A stretch of DNA of 7,270 bases from a virus. Taxonomy: Duplodnaviria; Heunggongvirae; Uroviricota; Caudoviricetes. The notes below the pieces were generated by a model that saw only the letters and a list, made by a program, of their open reading frames with translations, was not told the origin of the DNA and did not search any database. How positions within the stretch are numbered: the first letter of the stretch is position 1; each line of letters starts with the position of its first letter. The stretch covers positions 1 through 7,270 of the IMG/VR virus record IMGVR_UViG_2778261535_000004. One strand, 5' to 3'. Positions 4,517-7,270 of the stretch are shown piece after piece. Both the position numbers and the translations under genes were made by a program.

Positions 4517-7270
4517 TCAACGGATACTGATACCGGAAGCAGCTTTTTTGGTCACAATCACCGTACAGTCTGTGATGTTACCTGCGCCCTGATTGCCTTT
4601 CTGGAAAATCTTAAACTCCAGAGTGACGCTACCACCACCACTCGGCATATCAATAACCGCACTGTAACTACCGGGAATGGCTCCTTTAGTTTCTCTGGAT
4701 GCGATTAATACGCCATTTTTGCGAACTTCAAAACCATAACCCGTGTATCGCGTACCTCCCGGGTTATTACCGCTCCCCGGATCGTCATACGCCACACCGT
4801 TAAAAATAATGGGCGGAATAATAATCTGGCGGTCAAAGTTATGATCATCGTAAATGGTGACTGTAACCGTCCCGTTTGGTGTTTCCGTGTTACCCCACGT
4901 ACCAGCCTTTTTCGGAAATGGTTTGGATACAGTTTTAACGAAGTCACCTCTGACCTGGTTCGCCTCCAGCATGCCCTTAATCGTACAGTTTTCATTTACC
5001 GTGACGTTGTTGAGCGTCCCGGAGTTCGCATTCACGTTACCGCTGATATCGGCATTTTTCGCCGTCAGCCGCCCGTCCGGTGTCAGGGAAAATGCCGGAG
5101 GATTACCGCCGCTGGTAATGGTGGGAGCCGTCAGATACTTCAGGAACACTTCGTTCATGAATATCTGGTTGCCCTGCGCCACAAACATCGGCGTTTCATT
5201 CCCGTTTGCCGGGTCAATAAACGCGATACGGTTAGCGGCAACCAGGAACTGGCTCAGTTTGCCTTCCTCCGTATCCTCCATGCTGAGGCCAAGCCCCGCG
5301 ACATAATGCCTGCCGTCTTCGGTCTGCTCAATTTTGACGCCCCACATGGCATTCCATTTATCGTTGGCGTCTTTCCACTCTTTCGAAAACTCCTCCAGTT
5401 TGCTGGCGTTATCCTCCGTCAGCTCGACTTTTTCCAGCAGCTCCTTGCCGAGATGGGATTCGGTTATCTGGCCTTTGAAAAAATCCAGGTAACCTTCCGC
5501 ATCATCGCTCGCCCGACCGACAGCCTCCACGAATGCCGATTTGCCGACGGTGTTCACACTGCGAACGTAAAAATAATAATCATGGCCCGGTTTGATATTG
5601 ATACTGGCGGCTATCCAGTACAGCGCCGTGCCAAGATAGCGGGCTGTGGTTTCAACCTGCCTGATATCCGCAATCCGCTTTTCCGAGAACCAGAACTCAA
5701 ACTGTACAGTCGGATCATAAACCGCAAGATGCGGCGTGGCGGTTATCTGAAAATAGCCCGGCGTCAGCTCAATCCGCGATGGCGCTGCCGGTGCGGCAAT
5801 CCGGAACGATACCGACGCCGGATCGCCCTGCTGCCCCCACGCATTTACCGCCCGGACTGTCAGACTGTAATTTCCCAGAGCCAGCTGCCTGAAGCGGTAT
5901 GTGGTTTCCGTCGTCCGGGCCGTGCTGACCAGCCGCTCACTGCCGTCATCCGCTGCCACGGTCAGGCGAAGCATAAAGCTCACGCCCTTCACCACCTTCG
6001 GCGTATCCCAGCGCGCCAGTACCTGGTATTCCCCGCTGTCTGCGGTGACTTCTGCGGTCAGGTGCTGCACTGCTGGCGGCGTGACACCATTCACCGTGCC
6101 GCTCTGGTCGCCGTCAAAGTGCGCCCCGTTATCCACAATGGCTTCTTTTTCCGGTACATGCTGCACGGCAGTGATGGCATACGTGCCGTCGTCGTTCTCA
6201 CGGATACTCACACAGCGGAACAGGCGCTGGCGCAGCGTCGGCAGCTTCAGCCCCCACACGCTGTATTCAGCAACGCCGTCAGGAACACGGCTCACTTTCA
6301 CCTTCACGCCGTCGGTGACGGACTGGACCTCCACGCTGACCGGATTCCCCTGTCCGTCAACCAGGCTTATCAGCGTGGTGCCGGAGGATGGCAGCGTGAT
6401 TTCACGGTCGAGCGTCAGTGTCCGCGTCTGGCTGTTCACCGCCAGCACGCGCCCGCCGATGCTGATACCCGCATAGTCATCATCACAGATTTCAATGACA
6501 TCGCCCGGTACATGGCGAAGCCCTTCTGCACCCACGCTGAAGTCCACGGTCTGCGTTTCCAGCAGCTCCGTTTTAATCAGCCACAGCCCGGCGCGGTGTG
6601 CCTGCCCCCGGCTGGTACAGCCAAAGGCATCCATCTTCGTGACGTTACGACCGTAACGGAGAATGGCCTGCGTATCTTCAACAAGCTCTGTCGCCGTCTC
6701 CCAGCCGTTATTCGGGTCAATCCAGTTCACCTCAACGGCATTATGGCGGTCCTTCAGGGCGCTGAAGCTGTAGCGGAACGGCGCGCCATCATCCGGCATC
6801 ACCACATTACTGCGGTTATAGGTCCACACCTTATCCGACGGTCGGTCCTGCACGAACGTCAGCGTCTGCCCGTTCCATACCGGCATACAGCGCATCGCCG
6901 AGCAGAAATCACTGAGAACATCCCACGCCTTACGCTGTGTGGTCAGGTAGGCATTACAGGTGATGCGCGGCTCCGTGCCACCAAAGCCATCCGGCACCGA
7001 CTGGTCGCAATTCTGGCCGATGACATACAGCGCCCATTTGTCCACATCCGCCGCACCGAGACGCTTCCCCATGCCGTAGCGCGGATGGGTCAGCATATCC
7101 CACAGACACCAGGCCATGTTGTTGCTGTATGCCGGTTTAAACGTCCCGTCCCAGATACCGCTGTATTGCCGCGTCTGCGGGTTATAGTTCGACGGCACCT
7201 GCAGAATGCGCCCGCGAAGATGATAATTACGGCTCACCTGCTGGCTGCCGAACTGCTCCGAATCCACCTG
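4517..7270 (-). CDS. J: Host specificity protein J (tail tip / central tail fibre), C-terminal 916 aa; 5' end lies beyond the window
   Basis: Long minus-strand ORF open to the window edge, stop TGA at 4519..4517. Translation ([45 protein letters not shown]... [17 protein letters not shown]...) is recognisable as lambda gpJ over most of its length; the last ~150 aa are more divergent. Position immediately upstream of lom matches the lambda order J-lom-stf. Confidence 0.9.
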   Translation of the reverse strand, partial: QVDSEQFGSQQVSRNYHLRGRILQVPSNYNPQTRQYSGIWDGTFKPAYSNNMAWCLWDMLTHPRYGMGKRLGAADVDKWALYVIGQNCDQSVPDGFGGTEPRITCNAYLTTQRKAWDVLSDFCSAMRCMPVWNGQTLTFVQDRPSDKVWTYNRSNVVMPDDGAPFRYSFSALKDRHNAVEVNWIDPNNGWETATELVEDTQAILRYGRNVTKMDAFGCTSRGQAHRAGLWLIKTELLETQTVDFSVGAEGLRHVPGDVIEICDDDYAGISIGGRVLAVNSQTRTLTLDREITLPSSGTTLISLVDGQGNPVSVEVQSVTDGVKVKVSRVPDGVAEYSVWGLKLPTLRQRLFRCVSIRENDDGTYAITAVQHVPEKEAIVDNGAHFDGDQSGTVNGVTPPAVQHLTAEVTADSGEYQVLARWDTPKVVKGVSFMLRLTVAADDGSERLVSTARTTETTYRFRQLALGNYSLTVRAVNAWGQQGDPASVSFRIAAPAAPSRIELTPGYFQITATPHLAVYDPTVQFEFWFSEKRIADIRQVETTARYLGTALYWIAASINIKPGHDYYFYVRSVNTVGKSAFVEAVGRASDDAEGYLDFFKGQITESHLGKELLEKVELTEDNASKLEEFSKEWKDANDKWNAMWGVKIEQTEDGRHYVAGLGLSMEDTEEGKLSQFLVAANRIAFIDPANGNETPMFVAQGNQIFMNEVFLKYLTAPTITSGGNPPAFSLTPDGRLTAKNADISGNVNANSGTLNNVTVNENCTIKGMLEANQVRGDFVKTVSKPFPKKAGTWGNTETPNGTVTVTIYDDHNFDRQIIIPPIIFNGVAYDDPGSGNNPGGTRYTGYGFEVRKNGVLIASRETKGAIPGSYSAVIDMPSGGGSVTLEFKIFQKGNQGAGNITDCTVIVTKKAASGISIR

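Noticed and set aside
4705-6476. ORFs inside J: minus-strand alternative frame 4705..4995 (96 aa), plus-strand 4854..5306 (150 aa) and 5901..6476 (191 aa)
   Set aside because: All lie within the J coding sequence in other frames or antisense, with Arg/Ser/Thr-rich low-complexity translations typical of GC-rich shadow ORFs.
1-7270. Search for tfa-like chaperone gene, integrase, att site, tRNA or an obvious defence-system gene
   Set aside because: None visible: no Tfa-like ~190-aa ORF downstream of the fibre, no tRNA-like structure, and no recombinase or nuclease-like ORF of meaningful length in any frame.

Overview
The window is the distal tail region of a lambda-like (lambdoid siphovirus) phage or prophage, with every supported gene on the minus strand. 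In transcription order (high to low coordinates) it holds: the 3' ~2.75 kb of the host-specificity gene J, running off the window edge; a lom outer-membrane-protein moron flanked by two intrinsic terminators; a mosaic side-tail-fibre gene (lambda-Stf-like N-terminus, Ala/Ser/Thr repeat shaft with a 189-bp tandem duplication, AT-rich non-lambda distal part ending in a LamG-like motif); and three tightly packed small genes. These are a 93-aa acidic protein coupled to the fibre by a TAATG overlap, a 233-aa protein with a C-terminal peptidase-S74-type intramolecular chaperone domain, and a 95-aa putative 3-helix membrane protein with a strong AGGAGG ribosome-binding site. No tfa-like chaperone gene, tRNA, CRISPR array, integrase or att site is visible. 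The most interesting part is the fibre distal module with its three accessory genes, and the divergent J C-terminus. All family assignments are from reading the translations and recalling lambda proteins, not from a database search.
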